Part shown: positions 47,926 through 59,491 of the stretch, piece after piece
Position numbering within the stretch: position 1 is the first letter of the stretch
How the letters are laid out: every line of letters starts with the position of its first letter
DNA from: Lepidodermella squamata
Taxonomy: Eukaryota; Animalia; Gastrotricha
NCBI GenBank assembly: GCA_047495785.1
Contig: JBLDXI010000074.1
Coordinates: 744,001-808,000, forward strand
Reading direction: 5' to 3'
Length of the DNA stretch: 64,000 nt
Position numbers and translations under genes: made by a program
Notes under the pieces: model-generated
Databases searched by the model: none
What the model saw: only the letters and a program-made list of their open reading frames with translations
What the model was told of the DNA's origin: nothing

Positions 47926-49531
47926 TTATTCCGCTTGCTTCAGATTCAGCAAGGTCTGCTCGCTGCCACGGCCATTCAGCTTCTCGCATCGATCCAAGTA
48001 TCGAACTCGCATCGAAGGTCGCCGTTTCTTCAAAAACCTCGATTGATATTCGCTGCGCTTGTTCATCTTGACAACCAGATAGCCTCGATTCCAGCCAAAC
48101 GTTGTTACCAAAGTTTTTCGAAGGGCTTTATCAACGACAAAAAACACAACGAAGCTTCCTGGATATTCAATCAAAACGCGAGATAAAGCTGTGATAGCGA
48201 TAGAGGCGGTTGTAACGTCGGCAATGCGATTTTCCCATGATATTGTGCTGAATATGTTGAACATAAGGACAGGTATAGCGCTGAATAGACTGGTTAGATT
48301 CGAGGCTATGACCAGCATGCAGAGAGACCGCTGGGAGAACTGAATGCTTTCGACCTCCAACTGAGATTTCGAGCCAAGTTGACGAACAATGACCTGTAAA
48401 AAGAGTTAAAGGCTGTATCTCTCAAAGAAAAGCTCTGAAATCTGAAATTGAGACTGGAGTTGTCACATTTATAACCTTTCAGGATTCCTAACGTCCATTA
48501 ACTGAGAGTTGCAAAAATAAAATTCTCGACTACGATTTGACAAAAGTTGGAAAACTCTTAGTTCTTAGTGAATAAGTTCTGAACTTCGGCAATTAGGGAC
48601 TCTCGCGAACAATTTCGCGTGAATCCGTGAATCCTGGCCCTATTGGACCGTGATGAAATGGGATATTGAATAGATGATCCTTGGTTGTGTTTACTGCTTT
48701 GGCAACTTTGTTATAACAGCTTACCGGTCTTGAAGTTTGAAAGATCAGGAAAACCGTGAAAAGCGCTGTCAGTAGCAGAGCACACCCTGACTCATTGATC
48801 GCCGCCAAGGTTTGGCAGTAGCTTACGAAAAGCGTATCTGGTTTCATGACCCAACGGATCCGCGGACACTTCAACGCGTCATCGAACACAAACAGCGACA
48901 TATGCGGCAGGTAAAGCAGATATCCGAGACAAAACGAGAAAATTATCAAGACACAGCTACATTTATGGCATTTCTGCGTCGGTTTCTTCAAACCCCCTGC
49001 CTGTTGACTTTTCACGAATCGATGGTAGCGCTCGATGGTTGTTATGAGGGATAGGAGGAAGCAAACGTATGTCGTGTAGATTAAAACCGGCCAGAAGACG
49101 TAGATTTCAAAGAAAATCGTGCTACTCGTATGGGAGTAGAAGGATGATTCAAAGAGAAACACACTGTAGATTGCTAGTGCTACAGCTTGCAGAAAGGATC
49201 GCACGCTGAAAAATGTGTATGTCGGCGAGCGGATCGACTGGTTTTGCTTGAGTAACAAGATGCCGGTTAGAAAATTGCCGAAAAATCCGAAAATGCAAAT
49301 GAAGGGGAGGATGAAGCCGTGGAAGGCGTATTCCGACAGCCGATTCGAGGCCATTGGCAGGCCGAGAATGGATTCGAAAAAATGGCGACATTCGTGGTGT
49401 TCGCTGTCGTTATGGGATTCCGATTCCATTATATCGGGCGCCATATTTCCGGAGCTGTGCGAGCAGCATGATTCGATGAAAATTACAAACAAGGCTATGA
49501 AAGAATGTCTGGCCTTAGTAAATTCTCCCAT
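47926..49531 (-). CDS. Divergent rhodopsin-class, peptide-receptor-like GPCR; exons 49531-48725 and 48393-47926
   Basis: TM1 ILPFICIFGFFGNFLT and TM3 ITTIERY. A phase-0 intron joins TM1-5 to TM6-7. Confidence 0.75.
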
Positions 49532-50415
49532 CTGTAATCCTTTCTAAAATAACAAAATTCGGAGTGATTCTTTTAATATTAAATGTGTTTTTAAGGAAAA
49601 ATAATAAAAGGAAGGCCCCTCAAGTAGTAAAGCCTGAAATCGCGATTAGAAATTCGATGCCTAAATGGCAAAAATCGCTGTTTACCTGAAGTAAGTGACT
49701 AAAGAATGAAGCCCGAAATACTAGTAGTTATTTGCCCCATCTCAAGTTTATATGCTATAAATTATCACATTTCGGCTCTATATTGTTGATGCCATTAGCA
49801 AGTACTATTTATACAGATGCGCTGTTTGTCTCCGGCTCAAGTACTATTCCTCTCGAATAACAGCGATTGTTGACGTGTCAATATTTGAAATCGAATGCCG
49901 CAACATATTCTATGCTACAGATCTTATACATCTTGTATAAGCGTGGAAAATCTTTAAGCTCATAGTGTTGTAACTGCTATTGGAATGATCGTGCGGATTC
50001 CTGCATCCTGTATCCTTTTAAATTCATGGCTGGGAAAAAGGAGGGGATGAAGGAGGGGTCATAAGATCGAAAAGAACATTCTTCTTCTCAGAGCTGCAGA
50101 AGAGATTGCGAATTGAATACCGTTTTAATCAATGTCGGCAGCTACTATGTACTAAATTTGGCCAAAATCGACAGAAGTTAGTTTGGAAAGCACTAAATTT
50201 CTCATTGGAAACCAGCACGGAAACAGATGCCGGTTAGAAATCAATACAACGCAGCGATGAATTACCGTTTTTAAACTCAACAAGACCAATATTTGATGTT
50301 CGTTTATTTGTTGAATGTTTTACGTCTCAACAAGGTTTAGAATTACAACACCACTCGCTATTCGGAGATTATTGTCACTTCGAATTTTGGAATTTTGCTA
50401 TCACTCACATCAGAA

Positions 50416-53400
50416 TTATGTTTTTGAAATGAAAAAGTACGCGTGTATAGCAATTAGCGAACATAGTGCAAGAAGAAAAACGGACAAGTCCCGAATACGA
50501 TATTTCGGGTACTTCCCAAACATCAGTTCCTCTGCCTGTTTGGTATAGGCGTGCAGATACCAAAATAGAAAAATAGCCCAACTCGTCATAGCGGCCGAAA
50601 TAACCACTAGCGAACTGATGTAAATGTACAACAACGTATTTTGCGGGCTTTCCGGTACCAAATTGCTGAACTGGGCTAGCCCCATTATCAACGTAAGAAA
50701 AATGTAGATTCCAAAGCAAAGTCTCGCAGCTTCTCCTGGCGGCATTAGGAAAGTTGTTAATTGAATGCCGATCAGCAAAATCCAAGGAGCTACAACGTTT
50801 GCCAAGATATATCTCGGCTCGCGTTTGAAAGTGAACGAGAAAACAGCTGAGCTTAGCTCATCGCCGAATTCATCTCTGTTAACAAAAGACGTCACGCTGC
50901 TTCCTTTGTATACCCAATCGCCATCTTCCAAGCTGAGATTCGCCTGAGAGTCATTCGTTGAAGCTCCATGGATCTTGAGGTCAACTTCGGAAAATGCTAT
51001 CATATGCGCGCCTTCTCGCAATCTGAGCTCGACGTCGCAAGATTGTTGATCGAACGGGAACTTCGCAATATCGAACGGGCAATAAGTCGTGAAAACGCCT
51101 TTCCGCTTCCAATAAAATACGATGTCCCGTTTCTTATCATCAGGATTGTCAATAAGCAATATTTCAGCTCTGTCATGGATCGACTCAGAGGATAAGGCGA
51201 TATCATCTACGGCAGAATTAAGCTCGATCTGAGGCTTCCAAATCTTCTTCAAATCATTGACAACAATTCGTTGAATGCCGTATCTATCACTACTGCTGCA
51301 AGATGAAACGACCCAAGCGATATGGATAGTCCCAGCGAATTTCAGGGACTGTTCGACAGTTTCAAGTTCGATTATTCTGTCGACGTTCAATAGAATGTCA
51401 ATCCCAAAAATATCACCGGGCTTTATGGACGGGGGTGTTCTTCGGAAAGGGTTCAAAACTTCACATTTCCATACCAATTCCTCCACTGTTAGATTCGAAG
51501 TAGCTGATGGTATGTAATTCTCAATCTGAGGCTTGAAAACAGGTTCGACCTTCGCCTTTTCATACAAACTAGCTTCTTTAGGGTTCTTGGTTGAAACTTG
51601 AAACGGTGAGCTAGTTTGGGGATATGACGTAGTTTTAGTAGTTGAACTCGAACTCGAAGTAGTTGTTGTAGTCGTTGTAGTTTCATCCGGTGGATACTTT
51701 GTCGAATGAGCTTTTAGACAAGCGATGGAAAATTGCTCTATCTCCTGGTCATTCAACACGCGATCGTAGAGCGAAACGCATTTAAACGCAAATTGGACTA
51801 CACTGATGGATTTGCTGTAAAGAGCCGCAGCTTTGTTCGTCCCTATCGCGAATCTGTTGTTACTTGTCTCGCTCAACTCCGGGAAGATAATTCCACTGGG
51901 TAGGGTGATAACACAACTTGCCATGTCTGGGAATCGCCTGATACTCATTTCCCATCTGGTGTAGTCGAAATTTATCGTAATTAGTGACCAAGCTCGCGTG
52001 GTCCCAATCGACGGAACGGTGCATGCAGTGATTACGTAGTTCGATATCGATGATGAACTCCACGACCAAATAAAAAATTTGCTCGCTTTCGCGTTGAATA
52101 CAACGGAGATAAAATTGTCATATTTATCCACCCACGTTACAAACGATTGGTTTTCGTATTTTCCTTCTGAGCTCAGAATCGTGAAATAACCGATGATCGT
52201 CACGCTTTTAGTTTTCAGAAAGTAATGCGCTAGATTGCCGTCCCTTGACATGACCGTGAAAGGGTTTCCTGTGGTTGGCATGAAAACTTCTTCCCAGCAG
52301 GTCGAACAGTTGAAAGGGTGGATATTATCTATTTTACTCGTACTGATTGATGAAGGATCAATAACGCCTATAATCGCCGAATTCCCAGCCCCGGATTGAT
52401 CGAGGGCAAAGGTTCTGGTAAGAGCTGTGTCGTCTACGAAATCAGTTAAGAACCCGCTCCTGTGCAATGGGTAAAAAACCAAAGCTCCCGTCGGGAGGGA
52501 ATTTGACTCAAATCGGCAGTCTGGAGGCTCGAAACCAGTTGGGCATACGCACATTGAAGCTGGCGTAGTGCCGTGGTCCCACCAATAATTAGGGGACGAT
52601 TTGCAACTTCCACCATTGAGGCATATTATCCCGCCGCAATCAGGCGATGGTTTACATTGCAAGCCATAGCGAAACATGAGCGTGCTGTCTACTTCGCCAC
52701 ATTTGGCCTTGAAAAAGCGGCGTGGGACATCTTCCGAGATGACTTCGGGCGGAGGCGGGTCTGGTTCGGTGGCGATCACTGCGTTTGCAGGGCACTGAAG
52801 TACGAGTTCTGAACCGTAATTGTTCCGGAATCTGGTCCTCATTGCTATATCAGTTGTGGCAAATTCTCGTTGGCTAAGAGGACAAGCAGGTGCATCTTCT
52901 GCAATAGGAAATAGGCTCTACCATGGCCAATCTTAAGAGTTGAGCTACATGATTACTTACCTAATTTAACGATCTGGAAAACGTTCAAAGCTGTAATGTT
53001 CATGATAGTGTATTGATTTTTAGTTGTGTGTAATCCCATTCCAAAGATGATGCCATTTTTGACGGCATCGAAAAACCCAGATATTTCGCCCAGGAATACC
53101 AAATCGCATTGCCCAGCTTCCGGTATAATGAAACAAAAGGAGACGCTTTGATCCTGCTGGATTTGAATCGATATAGTCGCTGCCACTGGGATCGAAGGAA
53201 TGCTAACGTTGCCGAATTGGTATTCCTCATTCCAAGTGGTTGCATTGTGTTGATAAATGTCCGCGCCGGAAGCAGGGGGAAAGAAAAAGCCTACTACTGT
53301 TGGCGGAGTCCGATAAAATCGTAGCGCTAAGCCGTGTCTAAACTTCATATTACTAATGTAGCCATAAGAAGCAGCATTAGCTTGTTGATCTGTCAGAGAA

Positions 53401-54934
53401 TAATTAATTCGATAAATTTGTCGGCTAACATCTCGCAAAACTAACAGTTATAACTCAATCCAGCTTTATCCATTAGATAGATGCTTAGCATTGACCCATC
53501 CCGTATTCCTGTCCAATTGTTGTAAGTAATTTCGACTTGATAACCGTCGTCACCAAACTCAACTTTGTCCTGATTTCAATGGAATATCATTCGGATCGAT
53601 GATTTTTCCTTATTCTCATACCGTGCTCCAAATAAATGCCACATCTCTGGTACGTTCGGTGCTCCGTGCTATTTCTAGCGTGAGGCTCGAGTTCGATACT
53701 ACACAGCTACCAATTGGGTACCATTTTAAAACTGAGAATCGATTAAATTGAGCGACAATTAAGGAAACAGCAAGAAATCTTACGAAAAGTATCAAATCGG
53801 TCAATTGATATTTCGTCGAGAAAAGCAGTTGAATAGCCTTCAGGAGGAGGCAGCATAGGCGCCAACGGGCTCCCAATATAGTTAGGGCGGAACTTCATGT
53901 CTGAAAAGACAATGTCGAGTATGTTTACCTAAAATGGCCTAAATTTCTTACCGTATTGAAGCTCGTAGATAGCCAATCCACGTATTACGATGAGCTCCTC
54001 GGCTTGTGAACCAAGTGGTAAGACTGAAGCCAGACCGACAAGAGCATTTCCGCGACGGATCGTTGATCGCAAGAACAGAGCTTCGTGAATTGAGGCGCTG
54101 CATGCGAAAAATGGCGATTCTGCATTTCTCGGAGCAAAGTAAATAGCCAATAGATTGCTAACCATCTGCACAATCATGACGGCATCCGAAAAATCTGTGG
54201 GGCCATTTGCATCGATCAGCAGACTGTCGCACATAGCAAACTGGTGAGCAAAACCATTTTTTGAAATGTAAGGCCAAGGCTCTTGTCTGATATTTGCTCC
54301 TTCCCGGCGTGAAGTTGCATGAATGATGTCTGGCTTGATGTGGATTCCAAGACCATTCAGCGCATTGTTAGCTGGGTCTTTCAGGCCATAATAAGGAAAC
54401 GTAAGGTTAATCATGTCGATGGATGATTCTTCAAAGAGGTAGAAGACGAAACCGCCTAAGGCCTTCCATGCAGAGATGTCTTTCGCAGTGATGGAGAATC
54501 TTATTTCCACACGCCAGTTGACCATCGTTCGTGGCAGCTTGGTCTATCAAAAATTAGCTACAGCTCTATTTCAGGATCCTAGCAGCCTAAACTATTACCG
54601 TGCTCCAAATTGTTACATTTTCCTTAGGTATAATGGGGCTTCTTAATGCCATATTTTGTGGGCTATTTTTAGCCGGTAACACTGGAAAGTTGCCATTCGG
54701 GGATATTATGTGCCAATTCCCTGAAGTTTCTGAAACGGTTTGGAAACAACGAATCTATAGTTCCATGCGAAGTGCTCATATCTTACTCAACGAGCTGAAA
54801 TCAACCATGGATAATTCAGGAACAAAAACGGCATTATAACCAGGAAACTTGGCATACTCCCGTGGTAGGGGCTGGGCTGCAATTCTTGCGAATGATAGCA
54901 AGAAAAACCAACCGCTTAGACTTAGTCGCGCCAT
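50416..54934 (-). CDS. Cys-loop ligand-gated ion channel subunit with two L-type-lectin-like domains, EGF, LamG-like domain and Thr-rich stalk (~1377 aa, eight exons)
   Basis: Exons 54934-54787, 54729-54599, 54543-53952, 53900-53784, 53731-53622, 53569-53446, 53389-52961 and 52898-50416 are all GT-AG and phase-compatible. The channel part has the Cys-loop CPFDIAKFPFDQQSC, loop A IWKPQI and four TM helices. Confidence 0.8.
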
Positions 54935-55583
54935 TAGCCAGAATTATTCTAGTGTAATAACTGATATCTTGAATTCTTATTATTTCAGATATAGCGTTAC
55001 TTCGATAGATTAAGGCTCAATGGAATGGACACGAAACGAGGCGACACAATCGGATGTGTGGTTTGCGGAGCCACAGAAACACTTCAGAGCTTGTTTGTTT
55101 TTTTTTAAATTTTGCGATACCAGATTCATTGCAAGTAAATATAGAACCAATTAACAGTGAATTTAATTCAAGATAAACACTGAAATGATGATATTCGAAT
55201 ATACCAGGGCTGTGGATTCAGCGCAAGCAAATGCTCCTCAAATTTGTTCTTTTCAGAATAAATGGATTCTTTTCATTAGGGTTTACGTTTAGGGCTATTC
55301 CAAAGTTATGTAACGCCACAATTAAATCTACCGTATAAGTCGCTATTAATAGTCGCTAATGAGATTCAAAGACCTTTGAAGGCAAAGGCACGAAGTTTTC
55401 AAAGCTCCTTTCAAAGCTCCACACCTTGCTTCTCACTCATCGTCACTTATAATTGTTCACCCGTAATGGCAGCCTATTCGATTTCAAACAAACGGGGTCC
55501 AACTTCAATGAAATTTCAACTTTATTGAAATGAAAAACGCATGGCGACAAAGTGAAAATTGAAACCGAGAACAGAACGTCTCA

Positions 55584-56357
55584 TTATTTCCCGTTATGAC
55601 ATCCGTTGTATTTATTAGCAGAACTGATGTATAACGCAATGCATGCCTTGTCATCTTCCTTACAGGACGTGAACGCCCTATCGCGGACCGTTATCGAAAT
55701 TCGGCCGTTTGCCGAGACGCCCGCTCGGTTCGGCCCGCAGTACACAACATTGCGCAGACCGGCTTTGCGATACAGTGAAGCTAATTCGCGAGCGCCAACA
55801 ACAAAGTTGACAGCTCGGCTGCCGGCCGTTCCAATGACTTGCTCGCCACAGCTAACAGACAGGTAATTCACGCAATGGGTGGCTGGCAGTTCGAATGTAA
55901 AAGATTGCAGCGTGCCTTCAGGCGTTTGCAATGTATCCTGTGCGAAGTAGAAATCCTTGGTCGCGCCAACTTCAGCAGTCGCTTTCATCGTGTTTCGGTT
56001 TGTTTTTCCGTTGTGGTTTCGCGTGCACATTTGAATGTTGTAGGCCCAGTATTTCCGATTGGCGTGTTTGCATCCTACCATTGCCAATGAGCCCTGACAT
56101 TTTGGTGTCTTGAGCAAATCGTTCGGGCTCGCTAAAACTGAACTCGAACATCGCCTGGCTTCATTGACAACCTTGCCGCCGATGCTAGATATCAAGTTGT
56201 AAGCTGCTATGCCGACGCTGAGAGCGGTAAGAATAGTTTCGATAAATCGCTCGTCGGCTATTTCTTCGCTTGTACCATTTGCAACCGAGAGAGAAGATGT
56301 TCGAATAGCGAAAAGAAGCACAGAGGCGCTTAAGGCCAGAAATCTCGTGAAGAGCAT
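55584..56357 (-). CDS. Secreted Cys-rich protein (257 aa from ATG 56357) with an acidic propiece and a hydrophobic/amphipathic N-terminal helix
   Basis: Signal peptide MLFTRFLALSASVLLFAI, then EEIADER|FIETILTALSVGIAAYNLISSIGGKVV, then a Cys-containing domain. The gene is intronless. Confidence 0.65.
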   Translation of the reverse strand: MLFTRFLALSASVLLFAIRTSSLSVANGTSEEIADERFIETILTALSVGIAAYNLISSIGGKVVNEARRCSSSVLASPNDLLKTPKCQGSLAMVGCKHANRKYWAYNIQMCTRNHNGKTNRNTMKATAEVGATKDFYFAQDTLQTPEGTLQSFTFELPATHCVNYLSVSCGEQVIGTAGSRAVNFVVGARELASLYRKAGLRNVVYCGPNRAGVSANGRISITVRDRAFTSCKEDDKACIALYISSANKYNGCHNGK

Positions 56358-57069
56358 TACTTTATTAACAAAATAAGCTTTTTCTGAATGGAACAGCGCG
56401 TGTGCTCGGGCGTCAGTTGATTTGGGTAAAAGTTTGGCGGCTCGCTCAGCTGTTTCAGTCAATACTGGATCGTCATGACTTAAATAAAGGTAAGGCTTTC
56501 TGATAAAAGTGACGAGCAAACCTCATAGACCTAGTTTTAAGACAGAGATCTTACTGAGCCTTTCGTGGCGTGTGATGTTGATCTGCTCCAGCATCGAGTG
56601 GGAAGGATAGTGAGTCGAGAACCCTTATAAACGAAATGAAAAATTATGTTCCGATTAATTCATCATTATAGAAAGTAAATGGATACACTTAGCCAGTTGG
56701 AGTTGGGCCATCGAGAGTTCATTTGAGGAGAAACATGGGGAACGAATGGTTCTCAGTTTCCTATATGTGGTACCGTGTTGAAGACTATTTATTGCTCTGC
56801 ACTCTGCATTTAATGCTGCTGCTTGAACCGTCGCTCATCAGATCACACAAGTTCTGATGGCGCATTGCAGCCACTCGACCATTCAACCCTCGCAATCGCA
56901 ACATATCAAAAACCTAATATGAGGGTAAGCTTGCCAATTTGCCAATTTGCCCCAAACCTGGGGTAAATTCAGCTTCCTGCATAATCGGAGTCAGGACCCA
57001 CTGAAACGTATATAAATGCGAAAAATCCAGGGGGTCATTTTTTTCCCGTGGCCATTTTGCCCCAATTTA

Positions 57070-57416
57070 TTTGAATTTTGAATTTATGCCAAGTGTGTAT
57101 TATCACCGGCTTCTTATGCAAACAAGCCACCTCGCTAGCGTTTCGGTATAACTCTCCATTTGACGGTAAGTATTTTACCGCAGCATGCAAACAGGGTTAC
57201 ATTAATGCTTGTGCGTAGAAACTAAAAGTCTTTGAATGCTTGAGTGTCTCAGTGTATTGCTGCTTGCGGTAAATTATTTACCGCAACTAGAGAACAATGG
57301 CGAGATGGAGTTACCGTCAAATGGAGAGTTATATCGAAACGCTAGCGAGGCGACTTGTTTGCACTTTGCACAAGAAGCCGGTGAAAGTACACCAGGCATA
57401 ATTCAAAATTCAAATA
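57070..57416. repeat. Inverted repeat (~100-bp arms) upstream of member D
   Basis: 57070-57170 mirrors 57310-57416, for example CTCGCTAGCGTTTCG.TATAACTCTCCATTTGACGGTAA versus TTACCGTCAAATGGAGAGTTATA.CGAAACGCTAGCGAG. Confidence 0.85.
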
Positions 57417-57665
57417 TGCAAATGTGTGACCTAATTTTTCATAATATTTCAGCAATGTTCTTATGGATGCCTCTTCGCCGCTGCCGTTTTTTTCATCACC
57501 CAATAATTGCATCGGTATCCACGAAACACGTGAATGCGCCTCGTCATACGCACGTGAACTCGAGTTTGAACAGTTGGCGGCATTTGTCCCACGAAGGCCT
57601 ATAAAATAAGAAGGCTGGCGGCAAATTTTCACAATTATTTTTTCATTCAAAAATTTCTTTTCAAC

Positions 57666-58038
57666 ATGAACAAGATCCTCCTTCTCACCCTTGCAGTGGT
57701 CCGTTTCCGAGCTGAAGTTATCTCTTTTGCTACCACATTCTTTCATTTCACAGGCTTTCGTCGCCGTGGTTGCTGTAGCAGCCGACGATGCTGATCGCGA
57801 ATCGGCGCGTGAGGCCCCCTACGCGAAGGTAGCTCATGCAGACAAGAAGCATAAAGGCAAAAAGCACTCTCATGCACCGGGCAAGAAAGCCCATGGCGCC
57901 AACAAGGGCAAGGCCGTCAAGTTGAACAGCAGGGCACCGCCAGATGTCAAGATGCTTCTCCGCGAGGAACAAATCCAAGAGGAAGCTAGCCGGAGAACCT
58001 TTATTGCTGGTGGTGACGCCCCGATCAATAGGACATAA
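57666..58038 (+). CDS. Secreted His/Lys-rich peptide precursor, family member D (105 aa); exons 57666-57698 and 57754-58038
   Basis: MNKILLLTLAV|AFVAVVAVAA signal peptide and TATAAAA at 57600. It is an inverted paralog of member C, including the 3' flank. Confidence 0.8.
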
Positions 58039-59491
58039 GCTGAACATGATCAGTTCATTGTTGCTGAGACGAGTACCCGAAGCTTACCTTTCGAGTGAAA
58101 ACCTTATTAATATGGCTGTATATTCACTTTATCTATAACTGAAGAATGTGGTTGCTGGGTGTTGTGTTGTTTGTTGCTGTGTCACCGTAGTCTAGTCCTC
58201 TCTGGAGTTATACACAAGCTGTTTATCTGGTGAATTATCCATTAAACTATTACAAAGGCATGCATATCATTTGGCTCCGATGAAGGGAAAAATGAAGATT
58301 GAAATCGCGAGCATTAAAAATGTGATGGCCACGTATAATCGATCTCCAGGCGCCCACAAACCACGCGAAAACCGAAAAAATTTACCTCCATGTTTCGTTG
58401 CGCAATTGGTAAGAACCTTAACAGATATGAACATAAATGCGTTTTACTCATATCGTCACCTGTTTGACGATAACTAGTTTTATATTAAACATCAAATCTG
58501 AGCGAAATCGGCGGTATATTTAGAATGAGCGCCTCGTGTCGGTTTAATTTCATTTTGAGACTTTCACGCTCTTTCCAACGTGTTGGCTTCCGTCAAGCCA
58601 GCGAGTGGCAACGCCAGATCGACGTTTTCGGCGCCCGCAATTTCGAAATAGGCGCCCGTAGTAGCGTAGTAGTTGTCCGACGTTTAAATTTCCTTTCACA
58701 AACACATGCACTTCGGCCCGCGCGCCCGAACCTTAAGCGCTCTTGACACAGCGTGTCATGAAATATTTTCAATAATTTCAATCTTATTAGGTAATTTGCC
58801 TTCAACTTTCTGTAAATTTCATGGAATCCATTTTGTTAAGCGAATAACATATTTGAAATTTCATTCCAGTTCGCATTTCACTAACCAGCATTGAATTGAA
58901 AATAAATCTCATTATTTCGTCGACGGAGGCGAAAATTTACGGATTCGACTATTAAGTAAAATTAGGGCTGGTTGAAAAATCGCGGGGTGAATAGCCCGCC
59001 GCCCCTTCTCGAGATTGAAGAACCGTGAACAATATCAGTAAAAACCAATGAAAAATAACCGAAAATCCCCAAACAATGCTTTGAACTTCCAGCTCGAAAG
59101 CCTGACATTTTCAGAGCTTTCAGGTTATTTTTCGGGGTGTTTTACCGACATTGTTCAGAGTTTTGTTAGGATATTTAAATTAATAGCGAATACAACCGGA
59201 GAATTTTCGTACGGGTTGCCCTCGAAATCAAATAATTATAATTAGTTTTCGATCTCACCTACTCAGCTGATAAGCCGTGATGCGGCAACAAACCCAACTC
59301 CATCCTTATCTGAAAGTAACAAACCCAGCATTGCCCGCTATCATTGTCACGAATTTATTGATAAGGGCTAACCACTGGGCACGTGTTGGCTTTGATTGCG
59401 CTCTAGCTTTGGTAGAGAAGATATAAAATAGGAATAAACAGAGCTTTTTACTCTGCTCACTCATCCTCCTTGGGCAAGCTCACAATCTAAA

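Noticed and set aside
56358-56519. N-terminal 54 aa of the 311-aa ORF
   Set aside because: It starts at a non-ATG codon; the first ATG (56357) directly begins a signal peptide.
59020-59160. Short imperfect inverted repeat upstream of SDR copy 3
   Set aside because: It is too degenerate to define termini or a TSD.
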